NCBI GenBank assembly: GCA_030704615.1
Contig: CM060731.1
Span: 18,724,001 to 18,788,000 of the forward strand
DNA length: 64,000 bases
From: Takakia lepidozioides
Lineage: Eukaryota; Plantae; Bryophyta
Reading direction: 5' to 3'
The position numbers and the translations under genes were made by a program. Of the stretch, positions 11,101 to 24,739 are shown one piece after another; within the stretch, counting starts at the first letter, position 1; every line of letters begins with the position of its first letter. The notes beneath the pieces are model-generated. The model saw only the letters and a list, made by a program, of their open reading frames with translations. It ran no database searches and had not been told where the DNA came from.

Positions 11101-14100
11101 CTTGCCTCTCTACTCTGTGATTCTGGCCGAGTTGATGAGGCTGTGGATTTGCTTGTCCCTCCAGGTTCAGGTTCCCTCGAGCCTTTCCTTCACATGGTCA
11201 TTCATCCTTGTATCTGTATGTCCTCAGCATACAGGGCATGGAGCCGTTTTCATATCTTTTGTGTGGATATATTTGTGTATGTACTATGGATTTATGAGAT
11301 CTGAGGGCCTCCTTGCAACCCAAATTAAATCCGTCATTTCAGTTGGCCTGAGAAAGAATTGTGGAGGTGTGACCTTTCGGTTAATGTCAAAGCAAAGCAG
11401 TGGTAAATGTCACAATTTCTGTCCCTCTGACGGTCAGGAGAACTGCCTTGGAACATCAAGATCTATCTGCCATAGAACATTCCTGATTGTGTCAAGCTGC
11501 AAATAGTTAGCTGTCATCTAGATATGGTTAGGACATTATCTTGATACTTCAGTACGTCTTTAGATGTGTGTGCATGTTTGTGTGGACTTATTTACAGTTC
11601 AAGGCTTTGTATAGTGGCTCTCCTTGATTGTGCATATTGGTGGGCCTATGTATGCCAGTGAAAGTAATCATACCTGCAGGGTTGTCATTATGGTAGGTTA
11701 GCCGAGACTTCTCTGTTTTTATGAGCAGTGGTGGGTGTAAAATAGAGGGCACAGCTGCTTCTACTGAAATTCAGCAAGAGGAACAGCCATGGTGGCAGAA
11801 GGGGAAGGTGAAGACCAAACTAGCTCAAATATACTATTCACAGAATCGACTTGGCTCCTTTGTGGATACAATTTTACCCAGCATTCAAGAATCTCTGTAC
11901 ATTGAATCTCTCAATCAGAAGGTGATCTTCTCCCTTCCACTTCTCTCAGAACAGACTTTCAACAAGGGTCATTTTTGTTGACCTTCCGAAAGGGATTTTC
12001 TGAGCGTTGTTCTTTCTGGAAGTCACCAGATCTTCTTATGGATGAAAGCATTGGGGCCATTCTTGTCCATTCAGCATCTGTAACCTGCATTTTTGAGATG
12101 GTCTTTCTTTGTATGCTTGGAACCAGTCGGGGTGAAAGTAATTACTGGAGCACAAGGACTCTTACCAGAGCTTAGATACTTCAACATTGGAAAGCTTACA
12201 CTGTTTAAGCATTTACTTTCTTGGTAAGGGTTAGACCCTTTTTCTAAAGAACCTTGTTTTTCTGCTTTTCTGAGAGAATGAGCAACAACATCTAATCAAC
12301 TGGAGACAATCCTCATGGTAAAAAGCACTTAGACGTAGATGTTTTGGGCTCCACGATTTGAGGTGAGGGGAAGGGGGGGGGGACTTATCTCCTTGTCTGC
12401 TTCTCCAATGTGTGCCTGACACAAACGAAATTCATCTGGGCTGTTGGAGCAGGTGAAAAGCAAGAAGCGCTTGCACAAGAGTGTGTTATCTGCAAGAGTG
12501 CAATGGTTGGAACAGAATCGAGTGGACCAAGTGTTTCATAGCTTCCGCCCAGTGTTGTCCCGCACAGACATGTAAAATTCATTTGTATTCAAGTGTAGAT
12601 CTTTTGACTGTCAGAATACTTGAGTGAATGTCATAAATTCATCTGCCTCTGCAAAATTTGTCACCTTTCTTTATACATGTTCTCGTTAAGTACGTAGGCA
12701 TTCACAGGAGATTCAATCTTTTGGTTGTCGTTGCTGACTTCGATGCAAAAACCTGGAGGAGTTTTCATGCATCCTGGCCTACTACTCACAATGAACTCAC
12801 CCGACAAATGTCAAAGACACAATTCTTCTTAATGAAGGTCATAGCTTCAGCTGTCTGAGATTGCAAGGTGGGGGGTGGGCACTGAAGGGCCAAAGCATCG
12901 AGGGCAAGGAAACGGCTGGCAAAGCTGGCTGCTGATAAGGAGGAAAAAAAAGCTGCAGTGTTGGCTGCTGGGCGTGAATGGGAGAGTGACGAAGAATCCG
13001 ATGAAGCAGCACCGGTTATAATTTTCTCTTTTATTCTCTCCACGAAGCAATGCTGAACATTGTTGTTGTATCTGCAATTGAATTCGATGAAACGATGGAC
13101 AACTTGTCAACAAGTTCCTGAAAGTTTTTTCAATGTGGGCAGGAGGTGGAATTGAAGGTTGCGCCGCTGCCGGATTTATTGAAGGATGAGGAGCACTTCC
13201 AACTTTTGCTTCAGGTTCATCAACAACTTTCTTTCACGATTCTGCCTTTGGGTGGCTATGTTGTAGTAACTTCTATACGCCTGATATCACAGGTAAGGTT
13301 TAATTGTCAAGGCCACATTAGGATGGGTACTGGCCTGGAGTACCTTGTTGAAGCTAAATACCATTTTGGCGTACTCATAAGATATGATGCAACCTTCTGT
13401 GCTCCCAGCGAAATGGTAGCCTGTCTGCCTGTATGTACTCTCTATTCACAAAGGTCGCAATCTTTACACCATGATGTTATGAGAGTTACTTGAGAATTTG
13501 ACATGTGATTGCAGATCTGCAAGTCGTTGGCTTTGTTGAAGAGATACTGGGAAGCCCTTGAGATTGTGCACCATACTTTGCAAGTGGCCCACAATCTTGG
13601 CAAGCCCAAGTGTGATGAGCTTAGGGCCCTTGGAGCACGTAAGTGATATTGTCTGCCTGAAGTTGCCAGATACTGTTGTATTGTCATCCTGTTGACAGTT
13701 GACTAGAATTTGGAGGTATTGGCTTCAAGTGTGGCCAGCGCTGCTTCTGGTGAGACTCCGGTTGAGAAGTCATGCCAATTGACTGGTGTCCTATGCTGTT
13801 TGCTGGATATCAGAAATTGCATACAAGACAAGGGACAGCAAGTATGGATACGACTGTGTGCGGTACATGGTGCAACAACGGCCCTACAGCTTTAGCATGT
13901 GGAATTGTTACTACCAAGTGGTCTCCCGGTAACCTGTCTGTCTTATATCTATTATTCATCAGGATGGCTCTCTTGTTCTTCAGTTCTCTTTTGGCTCAGG
14001 GTAGGTGTAAGTGAGGAAGAGTGGCAGGTTTAGTTGTGGTCTGATCTATGCATAGTGAAGTATAGATGCGGAGGGAGGTAAAGATTGCATCACATGTAAT

Positions 14101-15715
14101 GTAACAGAGGTGTCATGGTCTTTTGTGCAGCTTCCCTCTTTCTCCCTGGATATTTTTATCTTGAATTAATGTGGAATTGTGCATAGATCCATATCATGGA
14201 CATTAATAACAATTCTCAAGGGATATTTATCGAGTCTAGCTGCTGTGGATTCGTCAGGTCAGAGACGCGGGTACCAAAGCACAACAAGTTCATGCTGCAG
14301 ATGCGCACAAGGTTTCCAGACTGTACTGCAGCAATGATGATTTCAGGTCACCAGTTTGCCATGATAAGCCAGCCCCAAGGAGCCCTGCGGGAGTACTTGC
14401 AAGCTTTTCAACTGCAGCCCGAAGACCCCTTCATCAGTCTCTGTATTGGTACGTATCTGCCCTTCTGAAGTTCTCTTGGTGACATGGAGATTGGGTTTGT
14501 AGTACATACCGGAAGATGGCAAGATATGACCTGGCAGGGTCAACAGACAGCAAAAACACCAAGTACAGCTAACAGGGGAATCAAACCACCTGCTCAGAAA
14601 ATGTAGCACCCAGGCTTAAGTCACCAGACACACGCAAAAATGTCCTCAATACTTAAGATGTTGTCTGAGGTTAGAGAGAGTACAAGTCTGGAAGGCTAAC
14701 GAAGACCAACTGCGCACCAGCAACCAGCACAAAGTTCTACCAACTAGGAGTGGATCGATTATGGACTTGAAGCTGTTGTTAAGTTCCTCTCTCCTCTTTT
14801 GTGGTCATAATAAATTTCTCCTGCAGTCCGTTGTAGTGGTCTGGTAATACAAGTTCTTTTGTCTTCCAAAAAGGTTGGCTAGTACACCCACCTTGTTTCT
14901 AGAATCAAGTCCAACTCATGGCATCAGTTGTAGGGCCAATGGTTGCTGCTGATTGGCTTGTGTGGCAGGGGTGGCGTTTATCAACCTGTCACTCGGGTTT
15001 CGCTTGAGCAACCGCAATCAGACTATCCTTCAAGGGTTTGCATTTCTTTGTAACTATCAGCGCTTGTGCAAATACAGCCAGGTGCATACTGTTATCCATT
15101 TTCCTTCTGGCCCAGCATTTATTACTATTTTTGTGTTTGTTCTATTCAGCTCTCTTGGTGATATTCTAACGAAGGATGACTTTGGTAACCTTGAGACATA
15201 CCTAAGGTCGATCTGTGGGAGCCATACGTGGATCGGATGGTTGTTGGTTTTGTTCCCCAGGGTTAGTTTGTTACGATTGCCCAGCAAGACCTTCAGGTTG
15301 GTATGATTACCCCTAGACTTGATACAGTGCTGTTTAGGTTACATTATGCTTAAGTTACACAAGGGCCTCCCAAGGTTTGGCTTTTACTAATAGCTCCATT
15401 GGTGCACTGCAGGAATCAAACTACAATTTAGCCCGAGCATTTCACCATGTGGGCCTAGTGCAGCTAGCAGTCAATTACTATGAGAAAGTGCTGATCCAGA
15501 CAGAGAAAGACCGCCCCATTTTGAAACTACCGCATGAGAGTACGGGTTTCATACCAGGGAATGAAGAGGCAGAAAAAGAGGAAGCTGCAGCAGGTCAAGG
15601 CACGGGCCATTGTGACTTGCGCCGTGAGGCAGCTCATAACTTGCATCTGATTTACAAAAAGACAGGGGCTCTTGATCTGGCCCGACAAGTGTTGAGAGAC
15701 CATTGCACCCCTTAA
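5193..15715 (+). CDS. GTF3C3: General transcription factor IIIC subunit 3 (TFIIIC102/Tfc4), multi-exon TPR protein
   Basis: Phase-consistent GT-AG exons 5193-5374, 5677-5997, 6518-6629, 7182-7295, 8343-8524, 8657-8852, 9044-9301, further exons not individually resolved, and final exon 15413-15715. Acidic N-terminus, LPYEQFQRLEYEALA, LGEANLLYA, TPRs, C-terminal YNLARAFHHVGL...DLRREAAHNLHLIY. Confidence 0.92.
7410..8220 (-). mobile_element. 5'-truncated non-LTR retrotransposon (LINE, RTE-X/L2-like C-terminus) in a GTF3C3 intron
   Basis: LESIQ...NVAVRGEFG, KFKLRAGSLPLN, CPLCG...HFLIHCP zinc motif; 3' tail ends in a TCTCTC-type repeat. Confidence 0.8.
10680..10925 (+). mobile_element. Degenerate 3' fragment of the same LINE (intronic)
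   Basis: Matches the reverse complement of 7440-7690 (CACACA..AGATTGATGCTTGTGTG..GGG.TTTCTAGAGGA.ATCTGGAAA). Confidence 0.7.
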
Positions 15716-15759
15716 ATCCACTTTGGCATCTCTCTCCCTCTTTTTCTCTCTCTTGCCCC

Positions 15760-16062
15760 GTCAAGGGAATTTTGCCTGTACCCCTGTCAACTTTGAAAGT
15801 CTTGAGGCTGAGCCAAAAGCCCAGGCCTTTTTGGGGCCTAGTTATTGGGCAACCACACACTGCAGATTGATGCTTGTGTAAAGGGATTTCTAGAGGATAT
15901 CTGGAAAACTTGGATCAATCGTCTGTTCCAAGGTAAGTCATACTACCGGTGTCAGCCCCCGACAAAGGTAGTTTCTGTCCCTTTGTGGTCCGCTCAAACT
16001 GAGTGCGGGGTCAATGGCCACAAGCCACGGCAAACAACGTCATATGAGTACATTCTCTCTTG
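15760..16062 (+). mobile_element. 3' fragment of the same LINE just downstream of the GTF3C3 stop codon
   Basis: Encodes NHTLQIDACVKGFLEDIWKT...GVNGHK, nearly identical to the C-terminus of ORF 7423-8073. Confidence 0.8.
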
Positions 16063-16367
16063 CTCCACACACAGGTATGCGGAGGAGTGCCACTTTGAGC
16101 CCTAAAAACCTGCCCAGGCCGAAAGTGACCTTCAGAGGCCTCCAGGCCGAAGGTGGATTTTCCTGACCCAGCGTGTTCTTACACAAGTGGTGAAGCTCTT
16201 GGGTGAATAGTCACCGTTACCCTGTCCTAAAGCATCAGCATCGTCAGATGAGTGTTCATCAGAGTGTCTACTGGGACACTATTTTGTCAATGAAGTTCCC
16301 AATCAGTGGTTTTTTTTCTGGCAAAAATGGCTCTCATTTTTTAATAATTGGGTCTTGAATGCAACTA

Positions 16368-17866
16368 TGGGCCCCGCCAGTACGGCCCATGGGGTGAGCT
16401 CATGAACCCACCCCCCTTATACCGGGTCTAGATTTTGAATTTTTTCTAAGTCCTAGTTTTTTAATGGCGGCGGACCTTCTAGCGGACTGGCCAAACCCTC
16501 AACAGACTGACTCCAACTGGCGAACGCTGACCAGTGGATTGGCGATCGGACTGACCAGCAGACTGACTGGCGAGCGGACTGGACTGGCGATTTGCGAATG
16601 GATAGACTTAGTCCGGCAGACTGGCAAGCGGACTCACTAGCAGACTGGCGATTGACGAGCGGACTGACTGGCGACAGATTCCAAGTGGCGAGCACCTAAC
16701 TCCAACCTTCAGACCCTCCTCAAACAAAATATATATTTATTATTAACACACATTACCACCACAATGTCACCTGCCAAGATTTGAACAGCGTCACGTTCAT
16801 CACAAGTTGCTCTTTACCATCACATTAACCGCTATTTTCTGCAAACCCTTGAAATAATTAATTATATATCTACATATCATCAGGTGTTTTGTGAGCCCAA
16901 CAAACTCACTCCCCTTCTCACTTCCCCTGCGCGGGACGGCTCACCCGAGCATACTGACCCCGCCGGGTAGGGGTTGCCACACCCCGCGCAACCCACTGCG
17001 CCATCCGCGGGCCCCGCCACAACCACACGTGGCAAAAATTGCCAGATTTCGACCTGGGAAATCGGTGAGCTACTTGTACAAAGGAATTGTAGGGGGTAAA
17101 ATCCGAGATTTCGCCAAAAAGCACCAGCAAACGAATATCAGGAGCCTAATTTTTCTGACAGTTAAAACGTGCCACTTGGAATATACCTACTGTATTAACC
17201 CTGCCACCTTGTTACTCTTGCCACATGGGCACTGGGCAGAATTCACAGGTGGCCTCGCCAGCGATTTTGGAAAAATGAAAAAAAGACATTGCCAATGCTT
17301 CTCATTGTTTGATAATTGGGACTTGAATGCAGGCACGTGTGGTTATGGCGGGGCCCACGGGGTCACGCAAGGTGGGCCGACCCGTTCCCAGCTGGGTCAG
17401 TCGGCTCGGGTGAGCCGCCTAGGGGCACGCACAGGGGAAGGAGAGGGGGAGAGAGTTTGTTGGGCCCACAAAACACCTGAAGATATGTAGATAAATAATT
17501 AATTATTTCAAGGATTTGTAGAAAACAGTGGCTAGTGTGATGATAAAGAGCAACTAGTGACGAACGTCAAGTGCTGTACAAATCCTGGCAGGTGACATTG
17601 TTGTGGTAATGTGTGTTATAAATATATATTTTGTTTGAGGAGGGTCCGAAGGTTGGAGTTAGGCGCTTGCCAGTTGGAGTCCGTCGCCAGTCAGTCCGTC
17701 CGCCAATCGCCAGTCCGCTCGCCAGTTGGAGTCAGTCTCTTGAGGGTTTGGCCAGTCCGCTAGAAGGTCCGTAGAACTAGGACTTGGAAAAAATTCAGAA
17801 TCTAGACCCGGTGAAAAAGGGGGTGGGTTCATGAGCTCACCCCATAGGCCATTCTGGCGGGGCCCA
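16368..17866. mobile_element. Foldback / long-TIR non-autonomous element (about 1.5 kb)
   Basis: Arms 16368-about 16980 and about 17370-17866 are imperfect reverse complements (TGGGCCCCGCCAG...CTGGCGGGGCCCA). No clear TSD. Confidence 0.75.
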
Positions 17867-18982
17867 AAGAAGCTTGATAGCATGGATGTGAAGGGGTCCT
17901 ACATTGGGGAAAGAAGGGCTTGCCATCATGCCATTCTCTAGTTTGTAGTAAGATTTGGAACATGTCATGGGTTCAACAATTGTGTACTAGCAATTGCTTT
18001 ACCACACCTTCTGGCTCCATTCATCTACGAAAGATGAGCCCTTGAATCTAGGAAGTATGTGAAGTTTATTCACTATGCAACATTGGAGCATTAAACATGA
18101 AGAGGAGACTCATTCACATTTAGATCCTCCAGTGATCTTAGCCAGATTTTGTTTTATAGGTCCGATACATAGCTTCAATGTACACTAATTGCTACTTTGT
18201 GTATATTGCAAGTTGTATGCTTGAACGGGTCAAAAAGCTGTTCAAGGACAATCTTTGTCTGGATAGAATATTGTGCCAAAATTCTACTCAGTATAATTTC
18301 TGGAGGTGATCCAATAAATCAGTGTAGTGACTGGCCCTTCACTTGTCAAGGGAGTTTGCCACATTGCACCACGTGACGTTTTTTTTTGGGTATCGTAGCT
18401 CTGATAACCACATTTGGGGTTTGTCGCCCCAGTAATACTCCCCCATTCCAATTACGTTCCATAATGGCCACCGGTTGACCCTGCTTGCGCCCCGCCCTCG
18501 CCTGTCCACCCGGTGGCCATTATCTAGTACATAACCGGCATATAGAGACTCTCCCTACTGTACATTATGAATCATGGCTCAGAAGACGTGTTATCCAGCA
18601 CTACAGATGTAGCTCAACACAATAACCAAGACAAAAAGATTCTAGGACAAGCTTTGCTGCACTACAAGGGACAAGTATGAGAAGGATAATTGTAGTTGTT
18701 GAATCTGGATTCTGGTGGCTCATGATGTACAATCAACATATACTTCACTTGAATATGACTTGATTGATGGCCTCCATTGAGGCGGTCTATCATAATTACC
18801 AAAAGAGTTACTAAAAGAGGCAAACTTTAAGATAAAAATTGTCCAACGCTATTTCATTATATTGCTTACCGCACAGCCCAGAGGGCTCATGAAGTAACAT
18901 TTCTGTAGGATAAGCGTGTTTAACCAATTTTCTCTCTCTTTCTTAGGCGACAATATTTGTAGAACACTAATCTGAGCTTGGC

Positions 18983-21900
18983 CTAGTAGATGTAGGCATA
19001 CAGTCCGGTCACAATTCCCTTGACTAGTTTGATTAATCGCTTGGTGAAATAGAACATAACCCCAAGACACACAGATCCTCCAATGGTAAGCGCGCTGAAT
19101 GTTAAAGCTCGATGATTCCATGTCCCCGGCAGCACAGCAATGCTGGCCGCTGCAAAAGCGACTAAAATACACCCAATAGAAGCGAAAAGTGCACATGCTG
19201 CAGCAAGAATGGTCCTTTCCGTGAGTTGCACCGACTGCAGCAATGGCTCATGTTTGAGTGGAAGTGAGGGAATCACAATCAACATGATACATGCCACAGC
19301 AAGACAAAATGACAAACTATCACAAAATATGAAGATTTCCACTAGAATATTTTTGTCGTCCAAAGACACATATCACCGTAGGTAGTATAGCCGAGGGGTG
19401 GTTGCATTGGGCCCAGATAAGACGTTGTTGCCACAAGTCCCGCTGTCAGTGATATGGCAGTTGCAGCAGAATTGAGATTACTCTGGATGTTGGTGGTTGT
19501 AGTAGTCACCATCTCGTACCACCATGACAGATACTCCTCCGAGGCACAAGATCCAGGCTCTGGAGGTGAGTTGTCTTTGCAAAGCTGCGACATGCTTAAG
19601 CCCGCTCGCAACAATAGGATGATGCATCTTTTTTTCCCACCGTATCCTTCGCAAAAAATTTCTCTCTTTTGCAATTCCGAAAAACTTGAGAAGTCAAAGA
19701 TACAACGCAGGTCCGAGTCCATCAACAATCCATCCGCTGCGAGATGGAGAGCCGTGGAACCAAACTTTGAATCGTCCCTTAATGCATGAAATTTAGAGAG
19801 TTCCTTGTCCAAGAACAAGCGTACACCTTTAGCATTTCCCGTAGCAGCAAGTATATGCAACGTTGGGAAAGGATTCTCGCATTCTGTGTTATGTTTCCCG
19901 CTATCCTTTATCCTGTAACACCGAACTTTCAATACATCATGAATGCCATAGATTTTTAGATATGGCCAAGCCACAAACGTGACTTGGTGGAGTACAGACT
20001 ACAGACCTGTTTTTCAGGTGAACACACTGCCATCAATAAGAAAAACCTAAGCCCTGTTCGTTGAGTATTTGAAAACCCCAGTTCCATAAAAAACTTGTTT
20101 CAAAGCAGAAGGGCCATCTGGTTCTAACGTTCTAACATCTTTAAGATAGCTGCAGTTAGGGTTGGACCAATGAATCTATCTCCATTTCAAGGAAAAAGGT
20201 TCCTCTAGTTTAGGATGGGACTTAGAAATGGAAGGGAAAAAGCCACGATCTCTCAGCCCATTGAATCCAAAATAGTACTAATATTTTTTCCCTGCAATCA
20301 AATTCATGCATTATGATATGTAACACATACCTCGAGTAGCAGTTTCAATATATCCGAATCTCCAGTCATGGCAGCCAACTGCAGAGGTGTCCATTCTTCA
20401 GACTCCATGTATTCTTTACTCCCGAGTTGCATCCGACGAGCCATCAACTTGTTTCGATCGATCCTGTTCGACTTCCAAAGGAGCTTAACACATTTGCAAT
20501 GTTTATCCATGATAGCCAAGTGTAAGGCTCTCGCCTCATATTCTTTAAATTTTTCATCCTCCATCAAATCTCTTAAGTGCTTGACATGGGTGAATGGAGC
20601 GAAGATTACGTTCAAATCTGTTCTCTTATCCACTATGAGGTATTGCAGAGCATCAAAAGCTCCGCAGGCAGCAGCTAGATGCAATGTTGTCCGTCCCAGG
20701 GCGTCAAGTGCATTCACACACTCTTTGTCCCCACCTGGATTTATTAATTTGAGGAGTTGATCGACCACCGAGGAGTTGCCACCGCCACTACCACCACCCA
20801 CTTCACCACCACCAACTTCATTCACACCTTCTTTGTCCTTGGTGGTCGATTGGAGGACTTGATCGACCACCAAGGAGTTACCACCACCACCCACTTCATT
20901 CACACCTTCTTTGTCCTTGCTGGTCGACTTGGGGACTTGATCGACCAACGAGGAGTTGCCTTCCGAGTTCACTTCACCACCACCCACTTCATTCACACCT
21001 TCTTTGTCCTTGCTGGTCGACTTGGGGACTTGATCGACCAATGAGGAGTTGCCTTCCGAGTTCATTTCACCACCACCCACTTCCTTCACACCTTCTTTGT
21101 CCTTGCTGGTCGACTTGGGGACTTGATCGACCAACGAGGAGTCACCAACCAATGTTGAATTCACTTCACCGACCACCGACGAGTTACCTGAGGACTTGAC
21201 CTGTCTGACCAACGAGGGGTTGACGGCGATGTGCAATGGAGTTCTGCCGAAGTCATCTTGCAATTTGAAAAGACGCTGTAAAACGGAAGAAGGTCTACGC
21301 TCGCATTCCTCAGTTATACACCTGCATTTACTCTTGCCTTTACACTTGCATTTACACTGGCAGCCCTTCCTTTTACACTTGCATTCCTCCATCATATCTT
21401 GTCGCAGGAGGCGAGCAGTGTAGTTTTTGGACGAACGTAGGATATGAAAGGTGTAAAGATCATCTTTCATTATACCTTGCCGGTTTTAATCGTCTAGCAT
21501 GCTCAAAGACGCTCGCATATAATCGTCTAACTCGTGTAAGACTTTCTGTTGAATAATCCGAAGCTCCTCATCATCATTTGTCGTTTCTAATGCCGTAGCA
21601 CGGTCGGGTGGTACATCGGTAGGGCAGGCGGCCTTCATCAGGCTTCGATAACGCCTTGTTTCCCAATTACGAGGGCCATAGCGAGTGCGGTCTCATGACA
21701 TGAACCATCCTCTGCCCAAAGTAGGTCCTCAAGGGTAATCAGATCATCGGAAACCTCGTGCACAGGTTTTTTCCTGGGAAAAATGCCTAGCGCTTGGTCG
21801 ACAAGGTCTTTGCAACCGCTGTGTGCAGTACAGTTCGCCCTCCCCAACCTCTTTGTTTTAGTAGCAGCCGCGGGTCCGAATTCAGGTCCAAGTCCATGTC

Positions 21901-22544
21901 ATTCAATGCACTAAGCGCACGCTGGTACTTCGAACCCTGCTGTTTCTCAAGCGACTTCTTCATGTCCTGTATTATAAGCTCAACAAAGTCGTTCTCCGAA
22001 AGCTGCATAAGCTTAGGCCTGTCCTTCAAGCTCTCCCAGCTCGCCATGAAAAGCTTAGGCGACTGGAACAGGCTTGCCAATTCGTCCTGTATACTCTCGG
22101 GCGGCATACTCTCAGGCGGGTCATTCAAGAACATCCTAAACGAGGGTTTCTTCGAGATCCGTCTAAGCAGAGACGAGTCGTAGGCGAAGCTCTGCATAAT
22201 TTTAACCCAGTCCATCAAGGGTTGCAAGAGCAGCATAAGCTCAGCACAGTTGGTGTGCTGTATAGCCTTATACCACTTCGAGTTTTTAGGAGCATCAGTA
22301 AATTTGCTGTTGTCCGAACATCCTCTAGCTCCACTGCCACTAGGCATTTTTATTATATGGAAGATTGGAGTTGGTTTGGAAAGTTCAAGTCTGGCAGACT
22401 CTGGAAACAAGTGTGATACGTCTCTCATGCATTGACCTCGAACTGTGATTCCGGACACAAATTTGGGTCGACTTCTTGAGAACCCGGCCGCAACCTTCAG
22501 AGCATGACTAGGGCGGAGGTGACGCTGCGTTTTTGGAATCAAGC
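18983..22544 (-). pseudogene. Ankyrin-repeat / PGG-domain membrane protein (ACD6-like), several frameshifts
   Basis: Ankyrin motifs GRTVLHTA, GRTPLHIA, GRTTLHLAA, WTPLQLAA, TALHLAA; PGG-type LVATTSYLGPMQPPLG followed by TM helices. Frame changes near 21810, 21640 and 19370; intron about 20005-20328. Confidence 0.8.
20760..21215 (-). repeat. 93-bp in-frame tandem repeat (about 4-5 units) inside the ankyrin ORF
   Basis: TGATCGACC recurs at 20938, 21031 and 21124; unit NSSLVDQVPKSTSKDKEGVNEVGGGEVNSEG. Confidence 0.9.
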
Positions 22545-23414
22545 TGCAAGCAGATAAAAACGGTCATGAACTGCAACGTGAGATTACTAGGTCTTTAGAC
22601 CGTACTGTAATGGTCGCCCGCAACGTACTTGTTCTTTCGCACTTGAGCTTCGTAAACGTACAAAACCTTCTCGAGCTTCACGTCGTTTGCGGCAGTTACT
22701 TATAACCTCTTCATCAACAGATTTGTTGAGTCTCTTCGCATAGATACATGCTGGGGCGATTACTTCAATTGTAAGAGAGATATTCTAGCTCTTCACAGCT
22801 ATATCCTCTGGATCACTGACGCTCGCTCTTCCAGTGTTTTACTCAGCAAACGATGTGCCTTGACCCTCATACTTGTCCGCAATGTACGTTAAATCTTATT
22901 CTAGCTCGGACTCTGTGAATCCCACCCACGAAAGTCGATCCAAATCAAGAACGACACAAAAAATATAACAGTGAGACACAGTGTTAGGTCTGCGATATAC
23001 CAAATGATCACAATGATCCAGAACGATGACCACTGGAAAAGATTGATGGGCTTATCATGCATACGATCTTCCCAATGCGGAATCTCTCCAAATGGCTGCA
23101 TTGCGATCCGAAACAGATTGTTAAAATCTGAAGTGACATTGGTGGAGGACGCACTTAGCCACATAAGCTGATAAACCTTAATGAACGTATCTCCTGTGAC
23201 AAGTCTAGAGTACACTCATGCAGCTTCGTAACCAACTATCGAACGCATTGACTCACAAATACTTGCTACCCTCACACTTGCTTAATTAGCAGACGCACCT
23301 AAACACAGCGCGCAGGAATGTACAAGGACGGCAGCACTTGAGAATCATAATATCAAACGTGCTTTAGTCCTTGCTCACACAACTCGCAAAAGCTACTACT
23401 GAGTACAACGCCGC

Positions 23415-24720
23415 CCAACCATCCGTTGGCCTATTGAACGAATTTTGATTGATGATTGATCTCATATTACTCTGGGGCCTCTTACATGACACATTGAACA
23501 TAGTGGCCAAGTCTCAAAGCGAACCAAAATCATTTCGATGGCCAACCATCCATTGAGCCTTGAATTTTGATTGATCTCATATTAGTCCGGGACCTGTGAG
23601 AGGGTGTCTCGAACGTACTGGCAAAATTTGGAAGCAAACAAAAAAGATTTGGATGGGCAACCATCCGTTCACCCGTTGAATGTATTCCGTTGGATCTGCT
23701 ATTACTTTGGGACCTGTTGGACTGTGTTTCGTGTGCTCGCGATTTTTTTTTCATTCCATTTTTGAATAGGGCGTGTAATGACTTCATATGCAACGTGCGT
23801 GCCAAATTTGGGAGCGAACATAATTCATTTGGACCCAAAACCACAGTTTTTTCCCTGTTTTGCACTCCAAACTTGATTTGTGTTCTACTTCATGCACTCT
23901 TCATAGAGAGTTCTGCAATAGTGAGCAAAAAAGAATATATATATTTTTTAGGCATCTTTTATTGGTCCAAATTTTGGCGGGGGAGTAGCGGTGGGATGCT
24001 TGAATCCGCAAAACAAAATTGAGCCAAAAACAAAATCGATACGTGCCAGAAACCCCCAATGAAAGGCAGTGCAAACCTATTTATTGGCTTAAAATTAATT
24101 TAAATTCAATTAATTTCTGGAATGGCTTGAGGGGTGAGTGCGTCGATGGGGAGGCAAATGATTTATTCGTCTAATGTGTCTCTGCACATGTGTGTTCAAG
24201 CACATGGGGGCAAAAGAGGGGCTTCAACCACATCCGTTCAATCGGTGCAATAGCCATGCACACATTGCAGGATTTCTTTTTCGCATTGAACAAAAACCAG
24301 ATGACAAGTGAACGCCTCATTGGCCCATCGAACGAATTTCGATTGATCTCATATTACACTGGGACGTATCTGAGAGTACATTGAATATACTGGCCAAGTC
24401 TGAAAGCGAACAAAAATCATTTGGATGGACAACCATCCGTTGGCCCATTGAACGAATTTTGATTGATCTCATATTACTCTAGGGCCTCTTACATGGCACA
24501 TTGAGCATAGTGACCAAGTCTCAAAGTGAACCAAAATCATTTCGATGGCCAACCATCCGTTGAGCCTTGAATTTCGATTGATCTTATATTAGTCCGGGAC
24601 CTGATACATGGTATGTTGAACATAGTGGCAAAGATTGAAAGCAAACAAAAATCATTTGGATGGGCAACCATTCAATCGCCCATTGAATGAATGGGGTTTC
24701 GTCTTCGATTATACTGGGAC
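23415..24720. repeat. Interrupted array of about 120-bp tandem repeats
   Basis: Unit AACCATCCGTTG..ATTGATCTCATATTA..GGCCAAGTCT.AAAGCGAAC.AAAATCATTT.GATGG at about 23417, 23544, 24310, 24431, 24551 and 24665. Confidence 0.85.
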
Positions 24721-24739
24721 CTGTTACATGGTATGCCCT

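Noticed and set aside
18398-18410. tRNA-Met primer binding site (rc TGGTTATCAGAGC)
   Set aside because: One-base insertion and no adjacent LTR end or gag recognised.
22901-23215. Hydrophobic 104-aa ORF as a separate gene
   Set aside because: May be an upstream exon of the ankyrin pseudogene; not supportable on its own.
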